The notes: generated from the letters alone by a model not told the origin. Positions 51,804 to 61,504 are shown, counted from the stretch's first letter. The stretch is DNA of 64,000 nt from Candidatus Sulfomarinibacteraceae bacterium (GCA_963796455.1 CAWCLO010000005.1:32001-96000), one strand, 5' to 3'. A program made the numbers and translations.

Positions 51804-52665
51804 GCTGGATCACTCTTGTCCAAGACAGTGTCTCAGACAGCGTCCAGCTGCAGCGGCAGAGTCCAGTGGCAGCGACAGCCGACAGGGTCAGCTAACAGAA
51901 GTCAGCGACAGCGAACAGCGCTCAACTCTTCGGATTCAATAGCCGCCAGGTCATGGCACGGACCTGATCGAAGGCTGTCATCGCTTTGCTGGCTCCATTT
52001 TGACTGATCGCCCCGGCGTGGGCGAGGAGCTCCAAGTGGCTGTCGACCTCTTTCGCCGAAGCGTAGGCGATTCTCCAGTGGTTCGATCGGTCTCTACCGA
52101 AACGGCCGTGGCCTTCTGCCAGGTTCGCAGGGACTGAACTCGCCGATCGGACTACCTGATCGGCTATGGATTTCAGCGGAGCGGGAACTCTCATCACGAG
52201 TTTGATCGTGATGCCTGCTGCTTCGAGTGCTTTCGAGTGGGCAATGAGGTTGGTGTTCGTGGCGGCTGAGGACATGGTCACCTCCGGGTCGTTCATGCCC
52301 ACACCCACAAGCCGGTGTGGTGGCCGATGTCAAGGATGCCCTGCACCCTGCCTGTCCTTGACATCGGCCGCCCACCGGCTACCCCTTCCTTGGAACGACC
52401 CGGTGGTGGCCACGCCGTCACTGCACCTGATCGCTGGCCCTGAACACTGCCCGCTGCCCGCTGCCCGCTGCCCGCTGTCCCTGTTCGCTGTTGCCTGTCG
52501 CTGCCGCTGGAAACTGTCGCTGCCGCTGCAATTCGGGCACCCGCACGGGCACGGACTCGGGCGCGGGGCAACCGCGAACGGGAAACGCCAAAAACCAACC
52601 CGTAACCCTCGTGTTCTCAGGTGCGCAACCTCATGCCTATTTGTTTTGGACAGCAGTGATCCAGC
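51804..52665 (-). mobile_element. Family F element copy A (complete)
   Basis: Terminal inverted repeats GCTGGATCACTCTTGTCCAAGACA (51804-51827) and TGTTTTGGACAGCAGTGATCCAGC (52642-52665). Confidence 0.8.
51922..52275 (-). CDS. Four-helix-bundle protein (23S rRNA IVP / Avd-like)
   Basis: DQVVRSASSVPANLAEG and IAYASAKEV motifs; SD GGAGGTG; 117 aa. Confidence 0.9.
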   Translation of the reverse strand: MSSAATNTNLIAHSKALEAAGITIKLVMRVPAPLKSIADQVVRSASSVPANLAEGHGRFGRDRSNHWRIAYASAKEVDSHLELLAHAGAISQNGASKAMTAFDQVRAMTWRLLNPKS

Positions 52666-52720
52666 ATCCAGCGTCCTCGTAGCTTGTTGCTTGCAGCGAG
52701 CAAGGAATTGAGCGAGCTCT

Positions 52721-53455
52721 CTACTCCTCCGGTTCGGAGGTGAACCGGTAGCCGACTCCGCGGACCGTGTGGAAGTGGACGGGGTGGCGGGGGTCGTTCT
52801 CGAAGGTCTTTCTGAGACGGTGGACAAAGGTATCGAGGGTTCTCGTGGAGGTGTCGAAGGTGTAGCCCCACACTCTCTCCAGGAGCTCTCCGCGGGTCAG
52901 CACCCGCCCGTCGTTTTCCGAAAAGAACCGCACCAGCATGACCTCACGTTCGGTGAGCGCCACCGACCCGTCGCTGGTGGTGGCACGCATGGTGTTCAGA
53001 TCGACTTCACAGCTGCCTATTTGAACCAGAGGACCGCTTCGGGCGGGAGTTTGAGCCCACTCGGCGCGGCGCAGAATGCCGCGCACCCTGAGGACCAGTT
53101 CTTCCACCAGAAAGGGTTTGGTCAGATAATCATCGGCGCCGAGCTGCAGACCGAGGATCCGGTCGGCGTCGCTCCCCCTGGCGGTGAGAAACAAAATCGG
53201 GATCAGATTGCCGGCGGTTCGTAGTTGTCGACAGACTTCGAAACCGTCAATTCCCGGCAACATGATGTCGAGGATGAGGAGCTCGTAGTCTGCCTCGGGG
53301 TTTGCCAGTGCCTCGAGGCCGGCCTCTCCGGTGGCAGTCCATTTGAAGGAAAAACCCTCGAGTTCGAGATTGCGGCACAGACCCTCGGCGAGCGGTCCGT
53401 CGTCTTCGACGACCAACAGACGGGTCGGTTGGTCCGCAAGTTGTGGATCGTTCAC
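52721..53455 (-). CDS. OmpR/PhoB family response regulator (orphan)
   Basis: LVVEDD, LDIMLPGIDG, GADDYLTKPF and TVRGVGYRF motifs. Confidence 0.95.
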   Translation of the reverse strand: MNDPQLADQPTRLLVVEDDGPLAEGLCRNLELEGFSFKWTATGEAGLEALANPEADYELLILDIMLPGIDGFEVCRQLRTAGNLIPILFLTARGSDADRILGLQLGADDYLTKPFLVEELVLRVRGILRRAEWAQTPARSGPLVQIGSCEVDLNTMRATTSDGSVALTEREVMLVRFFSENDGRVLTRGELLERVWGYTFDTSTRTLDTFVHRLRKTFENDPRHPVHFHTVRGVGYRFTSEPEE

Positions 53456-53643
53456 TACTTAATTGTAGCGTGAAACTGTTTTTACAAGGGGTGCTGGGCG
53501 CTAGATACTCGATTCCCGATGCTCGATACGACAAGATCATCTGTCGATTCTCACCCCTGTCGAGAGTTTCATTGGGTTCTTTTCTGGATTTGTCGATGGC
53601 AGCGGTTGGGGAGACAGGCTGAATCGAGGATCCAGTACCTGGC

Positions 53644-54510
53644 ATCACTGCTGTCCAAAACAGGTCGTCACCTGAAGTTTCCCACCTGACAACACGTGGT
53701 TTACGGGTTGGATTTTGGCATATCCGGTTCGCGGTTGGCCCCTACCCGATCCCGATCCCGAATTGCAGCGGCAGCGACAGCGTCCAGCGTCAGCGACGGC
53801 AACAGCGAACAGGGACAGGGGGCAGTGTTCAGGAACAGCGAACAGGGACAGAGATCAGTGTTCAGCGACAGAGAGCTGCGGCAGCAGTCTGGAGTTCATG
53901 TGGCGAAGTGGCCACCACCGGGTCGTTCAACAGAAGGGGTAGCCGGTGGGCGGCCGATGTCAAGGACAGGCAGGGTGCAGGGCATCCTTGACATCGGCCG
54001 CCACACCGGCTTGTGGGTACGGGCATGAACGACCCGGAGGTGACCATGTCCAACGCCGCCACGAACTCAATCCTCGTTGCCCACTCAAAAGCCCTCGAAG
54101 CAGCAGGAATCGCGATCAAACTCGTGATGAGGGTTCCAGCTCCGCTGAAGTCCATAGCCGATCAGGTCATCCGGTCGGCAAGTTCGGTCCCCGCGAACCT
54201 GGCAGAAGGTCACGGCCGATTCGGTAGAGACCGATCGAACCACTGGAGAATCGCCTACGCCTCAGCCAAAGAGGTCGACAGCCACTTGAAGCTCCTCGTC
54301 CACGCTGGGGCGGTCAACCGGAATCGAGCCAGTGAAGCGATGAAGGCCTTCGATCAGGTCCGTGCCATGACCTGGAGGCTGTTGAACCCGACAGAGTGAG
54401 TGCTGTTGCCTGTCGCTGACGCTGTCTGCCGTTCCCTGTCTCTGTCTGTCTCTGTCTCTGTCGCTGTCCCTGATCGCTGTCGGAAACTCTGTCTTGGACA
54501 CGAGTGATCC
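53644..54510 (+). mobile_element. Family F element copy B (complete)
   Basis: Ends ATCACTGCTGTCCAAAACA (53644-53662) and TGTCTTGGACACGAGTGATCC (54490-54510). Confidence 0.8.
54046..54399 (+). CDS. Four-helix-bundle protein (23S rRNA IVP / Avd-like), copy 2
   Basis: 101/117 aa identical to 51922-52275 by my count; SD GGAGGTG. Confidence 0.9.
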   Translation: MSNAATNSILVAHSKALEAAGIAIKLVMRVPAPLKSIADQVIRSASSVPANLAEGHGRFGRDRSNHWRIAYASAKEVDSHLKLLVHAGAVNRNRASEAMKAFDQVRAMTWRLLNPTE

Positions 54511-54571
54511 TGCATCCAGCATCCTGCATCCAGGAGCCAGCATCCAGAAAGCGGGCGGTTTGGAATGCCGG

Positions 54572-55576
54572 CTACGGAGAGGTCGAGTTGAGTCCGACGA
54601 ATGTTCCGTCGTTACGCCGACAGAGGATCCGCATCAGGGTGGCAAAACGCACACCGGTATGTTCTCCGGCACCGGCCACCATGAAAACCGTCGGAAATCC
54701 GATGGCGTGAATCCGCACCTTCCGTTTGCCGTCGCGACCGGTGGTGTTGAGGTCGTCAACCGTTCGCACGACGCTGTCGATCGATGGGCCGGTGAACTCG
54801 TCGCCCAGGACGTAAATTGAAATACGGTGATTGGGATTGGCAAAGGTCCGGATGGCGCGGGTGATGCCTTCGACCGGACTGGAGTTGGAAAAGACGCTCC
54901 AAGAACGTAAGCGCGAGATCACCGCCTTGCGCCGGCCGGGGGTGTCTGGGATCCATTTTCCGGCATATTGCGAGTACATGTACTGCCCCATGTCGTTCAT
55001 GATCTGCATGCCTTTGACCTTGGGGTACGTGTCCAGCACCTGCGTCATCTTCTCCACCACCGCAGGCCACGCATGGTGATACATCGAACCGGATGTGTCG
55101 ATCACGAAAATGATGTACTCGCTGTCGACCGGGATACCCCCCACCGCAGCGTCCCGTTGTCGCCGCATCTGGCTCTGGTCGAGCAAGCGCCGCATCTCTT
55201 CGGTCAGATCCTGTTGTGCCGCCAGCATCCGGCCCTCGAGGATGTCCTGAACCTCGGAGAGCTGTGAGCTGGCGGCGTACTCACCACGAATTTCAGAGAG
55301 ATCACCGCGGAGGCGGGCGATCCCCTCCTGTTCGATCGAAACCTGTTGCTGGCGGGTGCGGAGCCTGCGATCGAGAATTGCTGTTTCGCCACGAATCTCG
55401 AAAATTTCCTCTTCGAGCCGGGCGATCAAACTGTCGAGATCGATCCGAGCATCCTCGATCTTTTGCGGCTCACCGAGTTTGGTCAACACCAGCAGGAGCA
55501 CGATGGCGCCGAAGCCGCAACACACGACATCCAGAAAGGACAGCGAGAAAACCTCGAATTCGCGGCGTCTTCTCAT
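54572..55576 (-). CDS. ExbD-like TM + coiled coil + vWA domain protein
   Basis: N-terminal LSFLDVVCCGFGAIVLL; MIDAS-like IDTSGSM. Confidence 0.8.
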   Translation of the reverse strand: MRRRREFEVFSLSFLDVVCCGFGAIVLLLVLTKLGEPQKIEDARIDLDSLIARLEEEIFEIRGETAILDRRLRTRQQQVSIEQEGIARLRGDLSEIRGEYAASSQLSEVQDILEGRMLAAQQDLTEEMRRLLDQSQMRRQRDAAVGGIPVDSEYIIFVIDTSGSMYHHAWPAVVEKMTQVLDTYPKVKGMQIMNDMGQYMYSQYAGKWIPDTPGRRKAVISRLRSWSVFSNSSPVEGITRAIRTFANPNHRISIYVLGDEFTGPSIDSVVRTVDDLNTTGRDGKRKVRIHAIGFPTVFMVAGAGEHTGVRFATLMRILCRRNDGTFVGLNSTSP

Positions 55577-56664
55577 GGCCAGTCCCTGGCGATGCTCATG
55601 AAGGAACCCCGGCTGCGCATCGCGACCTTCCAGAACTCGCTGGCGGCCAGGGGATCTCCTTCCATCGGGAAGAGGATCACGTTGACCGGGACGCCGCTCG
55701 GTAGTTGTTCCAATGCGCGGCTGAAAAGCCGCAGACGTTGTTGAGGAGAAATGGTCGTCGAGCGGGCCGCTTTGTTGCCGACCGTCGGAAGACCATCGGT
55801 CAATACGATCACATTGTCGGGACGCGGGTTCATCTGAGAGGCGACGCCAAAGGCGTGGAAAAGGCTGGTTCCCTTCCCGGGAACGATCGCGCGAAGGTTG
55901 CGGACGGCGCCGTCCAGCACCTTGCGATCGCTGCCATCGAGCCAGGTGCCACCGGTGTCGGGGAGCACCGGGGCCGCCTCGGTATTGAAGCTGTAGATCT
56001 GGAACCGGCTGTCGCGCGGAATCTGGGTCGTCAGCCAGTCAACGGTCGCCAGATTCTGCTGCCACTTGGCCGCCCGTACCTTTTCGTTGTCGGGCAGGTT
56101 CCGGCGCCGGATCACGTTGACCAGGGTACTGCCGAGCATGGAAGCCGAGGCGTCCACCAGAAAGAGGATCCGTTTTCCGCCGACCTTGAGACCGGTCAGA
56201 TATTGCCGGTCGCCATCGCCGACAAAGGTCCGCACCCTGTCTCCCGGAGTCTCTTGCGATGGCAGGGAAGCGGAGAGGCGGCGGGCCTCCTCCTCCAGGG
56301 AGCGGAGATCGGTTTGGAGCCGGTTGATGTGCTCCCGACGGGCCAGCGTTGAGGCATCGAATGTCGCGAGCTCGACCCGGATCTCCTCGAGAGCCTCGAT
56401 CAAACGGCGGGCGAGACCCTGGGCCAGAGCCCGCTCCTCGTCGGTCTCTCGGACCGAGTTGCGCAGCTCCACCAGATTTCGATGACCCTCCAGAACCTCG
56501 CGCTCGAGGCGGTTGACCTCTCCCTGAAGATCAGAAGTGACCGTGGCCTCGTGGTCGCGAACCGCCCCGTTGATGATCATGAAGAGCAGAATGACCGCCC
56601 CCAGGCCGCAGGTCATCGCGTCCAGGAAGGAGAGCCCGATCGGGTTGACGCTTCGGGTCACCAT
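55573..56664 (-). CDS. ExbD-like TM + coiled coil + vWA domain protein
   Basis: N-terminal LSFLDAMTCGLGAVILL; VDASASM and LTDGLP. Confidence 0.8.
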   Translation of the reverse strand: MVTRSVNPIGLSFLDAMTCGLGAVILLFMIINGAVRDHEATVTSDLQGEVNRLEREVLEGHRNLVELRNSVRETDEERALAQGLARRLIEALEEIRVELATFDASTLARREHINRLQTDLRSLEEEARRLSASLPSQETPGDRVRTFVGDGDRQYLTGLKVGGKRILFLVDASASMLGSTLVNVIRRRNLPDNEKVRAAKWQQNLATVDWLTTQIPRDSRFQIYSFNTEAAPVLPDTGGTWLDGSDRKVLDGAVRNLRAIVPGKGTSLFHAFGVASQMNPRPDNVIVLTDGLPTVGNKAARSTTISPQQRLRLFSRALEQLPSGVPVNVILFPMEGDPLAASEFWKVAMRSRGSFMSIARDWP

Positions 56665-56665
56665 C

Positions 56666-58021
56666 TCACTTCGCCAGCGTGACGAGCAGGATTTCGTTGG
56701 AACCGACTCGGAGGCGGTCCCCCGTCACCACCTCGGTGGGACCTCTGATCGCTTCGCCGTTGATGAAAACCTGGGCGTTGGGCGGAGCCTCGATGATGGC
56801 CCTGCCGCGATCGATGCGGACCCGGGGCAGGTGGCCGATTTCAGGGTCGGAACCGTCAGTCGGAGCAGTCTCGTTGCTCGCGGTGAGACCCAGCGCCTGG
56901 CTCGACAGTTGATGGGCGACACCGTTGATGACGACGTGGGTCGGCACATTTTCGTGCGCGGCATTCCCGCTCTGCCGATCCACAGCGACCGTCATAGGGG
57001 CCGGTTTCTTTGCATCGTATCCGGGAAGCCGGGTGATCAGCCGCAGCTTTGGACCTTCCGAGCAGATGATCTCGGCCCAGTTGAGCGCCGTGCTGCCGGC
57101 GGCAGCCGGATGGAGGGCGACGATTTCCATATCTTCGGATTCAGAAAGGTGGGCCGCCAGCCCCGGCAAAGCCGCCGCGCGATCACCGAGGAGCAGGGTG
57201 ATGGGCCCTTCCTCGCGGTTTCGGCTGATCAGGTTGCGCACGATGTCGTACGGGTGGGATGCGGCTTCGACCAATTCGCGGCGCTCGATCTCGATGGAGT
57301 GGCGCCGGCCTCCCGATGAGATCGCCACTTCGGCCGACTGCCGGTCGGCGAGAGTCGCCAGGTGCGTATGGAGCTGGATATAGAGGATCTGTTCGGTGGC
57401 GGCCTGGTGGAGCGGGTCGAAACGGGTCGTGCGGACAAAATGCCGAGAAATGGCGCGGGCCCACAGGTCGTAAAGATTGACCAGGCCGACTTGGGACTCT
57501 TCGACAACGGACCGGCGCACGACCTCGTCGCCATGTTCGAGAACCGTCAGGACAGCACGGTGGAGATGAAAATCGAGGTGGAGGCAATGGCGCCGGGTTT
57601 CACGGTCGGCGCATGAAGCGACGGCCACATCCACGAGGCCCCGAGCGGGCATCGTGCAGGCCTGGGCGATTCCGAGAAGAAGACCGAGTTGTTCGCCGGA
57701 GAAGGTCCCGGGCACCGCCATGATGACCTCGTCCGCCGTGCGCCCGGTCGCGTCCCAGATCTGCGACAAATGAGCGTGAGCCAGGTCCGCGGTCCTGAGG
57801 TGACCAGGGTAGGGACGTCCGAGTTCCCGGGTGCTGAGTTGCTGCCAGAAGCGGCTGTGCAGACGGCGGGGTTTGAGCCGCGCGTTGCTTGCTGCATCGA
57901 GCCCGATCTCGAGCTGATCGCCATCGGAGATGGCGAGACCTGGGTTCGCCAGCGAGACCTTGCCGCGGCTGCTCACCGTGACGATCCCGGAATCCACCAA
58001 CTCGAGGGCCAGCCGTTCCAT
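56666..58021 (-). CDS. Degenerate Hsp70/actin-like domain + FHA-like C-terminus
   Basis: VIMAVPGTF...GLVDVAVA...LHLDF resembles Hsp70 segments; VFINGE....GDRLRVG resembles FHA. Confidence 0.55.
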   Translation of the reverse strand: MERLALELVDSGIVTVSSRGKVSLANPGLAISDGDQLEIGLDAASNARLKPRRLHSRFWQQLSTRELGRPYPGHLRTADLAHAHLSQIWDATGRTADEVIMAVPGTFSGEQLGLLLGIAQACTMPARGLVDVAVASCADRETRRHCLHLDFHLHRAVLTVLEHGDEVVRRSVVEESQVGLVNLYDLWARAISRHFVRTTRFDPLHQAATEQILYIQLHTHLATLADRQSAEVAISSGGRRHSIEIERRELVEAASHPYDIVRNLISRNREEGPITLLLGDRAAALPGLAAHLSESEDMEIVALHPAAAGSTALNWAEIICSEGPKLRLITRLPGYDAKKPAPMTVAVDRQSGNAAHENVPTHVVINGVAHQLSSQALGLTASNETAPTDGSDPEIGHLPRVRIDRGRAIIEAPPNAQVFINGEAIRGPTEVVTGDRLRVGSNEILLVTLAK

Positions 58022-58025
58022 TTGC

Positions 58026-58853
58026 TTAGATGCCCCCACGCAGATCTGCTGATGCGGCGCCGGCCTGGAGATGGCGAATCAGGTGGGTGTCGACATAGCT
58101 TTCGGTATCGAGCACCAGCCGCTCCTGCCGCAGCTGGAGCTGGTGGAGCAGAAACATCAGGACGATGGAGATCAGGAGGGCGATGAAGGTCGAGTTGAAG
58201 GCGATGCCGAGGTTGCGGGTGACACCGGTGATGTCTCCCTCGACGGCGCGGTGGGCCTGGCCGAGAGCGGTCCCGATGCCCCGCACCGTTCCGATGAACC
58301 CGATCGAAGGAATCGCCCACGCGATGTAGCGCACCATGGCGAGTTCTGAGTCGAGGCGTTCCGACTCGGTGTCGGCGGCGGCGCGAGCAGTGTCGGATGC
58401 GTCCTGGATGCTGCCGGTGGCACCGAAGCGGTGGAGGGCGGCGAGCAGCGCGCGCGGCAGCAGCAGGCGTTTTTTGCCCGTCGGCAGCGCCTCGATCTGG
58501 CGTGCGTATTCCCGAGAGTCTTCGGGCAGGATGCGCACTCCATCGGCGACCGGGACCAGTTCGTCTTCGAGGAGCTGGCTCTCCCGCGCGGTGGTGATGC
58601 CCTTTGAGGCCATGATCGCGATGGCCCACAGCATGAGGACAAAACAGGCCTCTTGTTCGAAATCGCGAACGATGACCCACACCGATCGTTCCTGGATGTA
58701 CTCGGGATCGGCTGCCATCCGGGCCGATTGTTCGGCCATGAAGGTGTCCGCTTTGGGTCTCACAATCGTCACGTAGACCGCATGAACGATGATCAGGGCG
58801 ACCACCAGCGAAGCGAGCTGAAAGACAAAATCGACGGAATCATTTCGACGCAT
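58026..58853 (-). CDS. MotA/TolQ/ExbB proton channel family protein
   Basis: AIPSIGFIGTVRGI and LGIAFNSTFIAL motifs. Confidence 0.9.
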   Translation of the reverse strand: MRRNDSVDFVFQLASLVVALIIVHAVYVTIVRPKADTFMAEQSARMAADPEYIQERSVWVIVRDFEQEACFVLMLWAIAIMASKGITTARESQLLEDELVPVADGVRILPEDSREYARQIEALPTGKKRLLLPRALLAALHRFGATGSIQDASDTARAAADTESERLDSELAMVRYIAWAIPSIGFIGTVRGIGTALGQAHRAVEGDITGVTRNLGIAFNSTFIALLISIVLMFLLHQLQLRQERLVLDTESYVDTHLIRHLQAGAASADLRGGI

Positions 58854-58860
58854 GTTGGCC

Positions 58861-59064
58861 TCAGATATCAGTCGGAAACGCGACCGCGCTGTCCGCAGGT
58901 AGCTTTTCGGTTGGTTGAAAATCTGGCAGTGGGGTCGCTCCGGTTTCCGTGCCCTGGGGCTCGGCTGCCGGTGAAGCACCGGCGGCCACCAGCCAGCCCG
59001 AAGCCAGTATGAGGGCCGCGGCCAAAACTGTGAGAAGGACCCGGTATTTCGTGATGGCTCTCAT
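58861..59064 (-). CDS. Small exported or membrane-anchored hypothetical protein
   Basis: Hydrophobic leader; C-terminal FQPTEKLPADSAVAFPTDI; tight operon spacing. Confidence 0.7.
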   Translation of the reverse strand: MRAITKYRVLLTVLAAALILASGWLVAAGASPAAEPQGTETGATPLPDFQPTEKLPADSAVAFPTDI

Positions 59065-59077
59065 TTTTCTCTCTCTT

Positions 59078-61504
59078 TCATTGCGCATTGCGTGCGATCC
59101 GAAAACCGACGTCCGGGCGCGCCGTGTCTCCGTAATCGCGATAGCTGAGCCGGAGTTCGGTCACCGCGGTGTCCATCCAGCTCGCGCCGCGGATCACGTG
59201 GTAGGCACCGGTGGTCGGACCTGATGGGTCCTTTTCGACGGTACCTGGAGCTGTCGGTGTGAGTGCGTAGAGATCCTGGACCCATTCGGAGACGTTGCCT
59301 CCTAGATTGAATACTCCGATGGCGTTGGCGCGAAAGCTGCCGACCGGGGCCGTGGCGGGATAACCGTCACGATAATCGGGGAGCGATCCACCGAGGGTGC
59401 CGGCCGCCGAGAGATCACCATAGTTTCCGCCTTCGAGCGGAATCGGCAGCGTGTTGCCCCAGCCGTATTTCTGGCCATCAGCGGTGGACGCCGAACGGGC
59501 GGCGAGGGCCCATTCCGCCTCAGTGGGCAGGCGATAGCCGTTCGGCATCGGCGTCCGCGCCACGAGGGTTCCCCCGCGTTCGATATAGACCGGCGGCAGA
59601 CCCGCCTTCTGGCTCAACCAGTTGCAGTAGCGGGCGGCGTCCTGCCACGTTACGTTGACCACCGGGTGGTGATCGATCTCCAGATTGTTGCCGCCATAGG
59701 CCCCGGAGAGATGGGAGCTCTTCCATTCGCGAAATTGTCGATTCGAAACCTCGCTGACCGCCAGATAAAAGGCCCTGGTGATCTCGATCTCACGCAAGAC
59801 CTCGTTGGCACGACGACCGGGCTCTCGACGAGAAGCACCCATCGTCATCCGACCCGGCCCGACCATGACCATCTCCACACCCTGGGGAGATTTCACTGTC
59901 TTGGGGAGACCGGCCGGTCCCTCGAGGCGAAGCTCGGCGCGCACGGACTGGGTGATCCCGACCTTTGGCGTGACCACGGTGCGAAACGGAACGAACCCGT
60001 CGAGCCGGATCACGATCTCGTGGGGCCGCGTGGCGAGCTCAAGTCTCTGCTCGGTCGTGCCCGAGGGCACACCATCGATCAATACTTCGGCCTGGGGTGG
60101 TTGGGAACTGATGACCACTTCGCCGGTCAAAACTTCGAGTGAGGCGCGAAGGTCGCTCAGCTGTCCGGGACCAACGCTGACCGTTTTTTGGAATGTTGAA
60201 TGGCCCGCCAGCGAAACCTTGACCTCGTGTGGAGTGTCCGGTGTCACCGCGATCTGGAGCGGGGTCGTGCCGCGAAATTCACGATCGATGGTGACTGTGG
60301 CGCCTTCGGGTTCGGATCGGACGGCCAGCCGGCCATCCACCGGTACGAGCCGCAGTGTGCCGAGATCGACGGGTTCGCCGGTCGTGATCTGCACCCGCCG
60401 GCTGGTTGATTTGAAACCGTTCCGCCGGACTTCGATGACCCGAGGCCCGGATTCCACCTCGAAGGAACCAGGTGTCGTGCCGATCGATTGACCGTCCACC
60501 AGAACGTTGGCTCCGGGTGGGTTCGAGGCGATGATGACCGGCGCCCAGTTCGGTTCGAGATCGACCTCGAGCAAAATCGGGGCGGCGCCGGGTTCGACTG
60601 AGAGGTCGGTCGCGTGGGGGAGGTGTCGCAGGGCACGAAGCTCGATGCTGTGCGACCCGGCGCTGAGCGGATGGCTCTCGATGGGGGCCGTGCCGACTTC
60701 AATTCCGTCGATGATGACGACCGCGTCGGCCACCGGGCGAGACCGAATGCTCAGCATGCCTCCGAGCGGTTGCATCTCGAACTGCACGAGAGCCGGTGTT
60801 TCGGGGCCAACGACGAGCGCGGCCCTCAGATCGAGATGACCGGGGTGTTCGGCCCGCACCGTGTACGTACCGGGTCGGAGCAGGTATCTGCCGCCGATTT
60901 TGAGCGCCGGGCCACCTTCGATGCTGATGTTCTCGGCATTCGGGTTCGTTTCGATCCGGACCGCGTGGGCTGTCAGGACAAACCAGGCGCCGGCCGCCAG
61001 AACCGTGATCACGGCGAGTGCGGCGATCAAGCGTGGCCGGAGACGCAGACCTCGGCGCGGCGGTGGGAGCTGCCACCGGGGCTCGAAGGGGGTCGGCGTG
61101 ATTTCCATCTCCCCGTGTTCGTTTGCCACCTGGGTTGATGATTTCAGCCGCGGTTCTTCAGTCGGTTTGGAAACGACGGTCAGCAAACAGTCGCCTTCGT
61201 TCAGGCGGAATTGGATCCGGGTCGATTCGACGGCCAGTTCATCACCATCGGTTATCCATCTCGACGTGGTGAGAGGGATCCCGTTGATCGATACGAGGGG
61301 GGCGGAACGGGAGGAGTCAGCGGCTTGCAGAAAGAGGTCGCCGTTCTCCTGGCCGACAAAGGCTACGGCCGAAGCCGACTGGATACTCGAGAGGACGACA
61401 TTCGATCCCTCACCTCCGATGGACAGCGGGAGATCGTCGGCAACATAGGTTTTGCGCTGACCGTCGTGGACGACGGTGACAGTGTTCACAGGGCCTCCCG
61501 ACAC
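59078..61504 (-). CDS. FHA-like-TM-PEGA repeats-FGE-sulfatase (SUMF1-like) protein
   Basis: About five PEGA units (S.P.GA.V.IDG...G.TP); C-terminal PVVNVTW, RLPTEAEW, GNVSEW, RGASW, GFR. Confidence 0.88.
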   Translation of the reverse strand: MSGGPVNTVTVVHDGQRKTYVADDLPLSIGGEGSNVVLSSIQSASAVAFVGQENGDLFLQAADSSRSAPLVSINGIPLTTSRWITDGDELAVESTRIQFRLNEGDCLLTVVSKPTEEPRLKSSTQVANEHGEMEITPTPFEPRWQLPPPRRGLRLRPRLIAALAVITVLAAGAWFVLTAHAVRIETNPNAENISIEGGPALKIGGRYLLRPGTYTVRAEHPGHLDLRAALVVGPETPALVQFEMQPLGGMLSIRSRPVADAVVIIDGIEVGTAPIESHPLSAGSHSIELRALRHLPHATDLSVEPGAAPILLEVDLEPNWAPVIIASNPPGANVLVDGQSIGTTPGSFEVESGPRVIEVRRNGFKSTSRRVQITTGEPVDLGTLRLVPVDGRLAVRSEPEGATVTIDREFRGTTPLQIAVTPDTPHEVKVSLAGHSTFQKTVSVGPGQLSDLRASLEVLTGEVVISSQPPQAEVLIDGVPSGTTEQRLELATRPHEIVIRLDGFVPFRTVVTPKVGITQSVRAELRLEGPAGLPKTVKSPQGVEMVMVGPGRMTMGASRREPGRRANEVLREIEITRAFYLAVSEVSNRQFREWKSSHLSGAYGGNNLEIDHHPVVNVTWQDAARYCNWLSQKAGLPPVYIERGGTLVARTPMPNGYRLPTEAEWALAARSASTADGQKYGWGNTLPIPLEGGNYGDLSAAGTLGGSLPDYRDGYPATAPVGSFRANAIGVFNLGGNVSEWVQDLYALTPTAPGTVEKDPSGPTTGAYHVIRGASWMDTAVTELRLSYRDYGDTARPDVGFRIARNAQ

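Noticed and set aside
51790..52680. Target-site duplications around F elements
   Set aside because: The flanks are heptamer repeats, so no unambiguous direct duplication can be called without an empty-site comparison.
51922..54399. 23S rRNA intervening sequence
   Set aside because: The flanks are protein-coding genes and no rRNA sequence is present.
51922..61504. Diversity-generating retroelement (Avd-like genes near an FGE/CLec-fold gene)
   Set aside because: No reverse transcriptase and no template-repeat copy of the 3' end of 59078-61504 in this window. A genome-wide TR/VR search would be needed to exclude it in trans.
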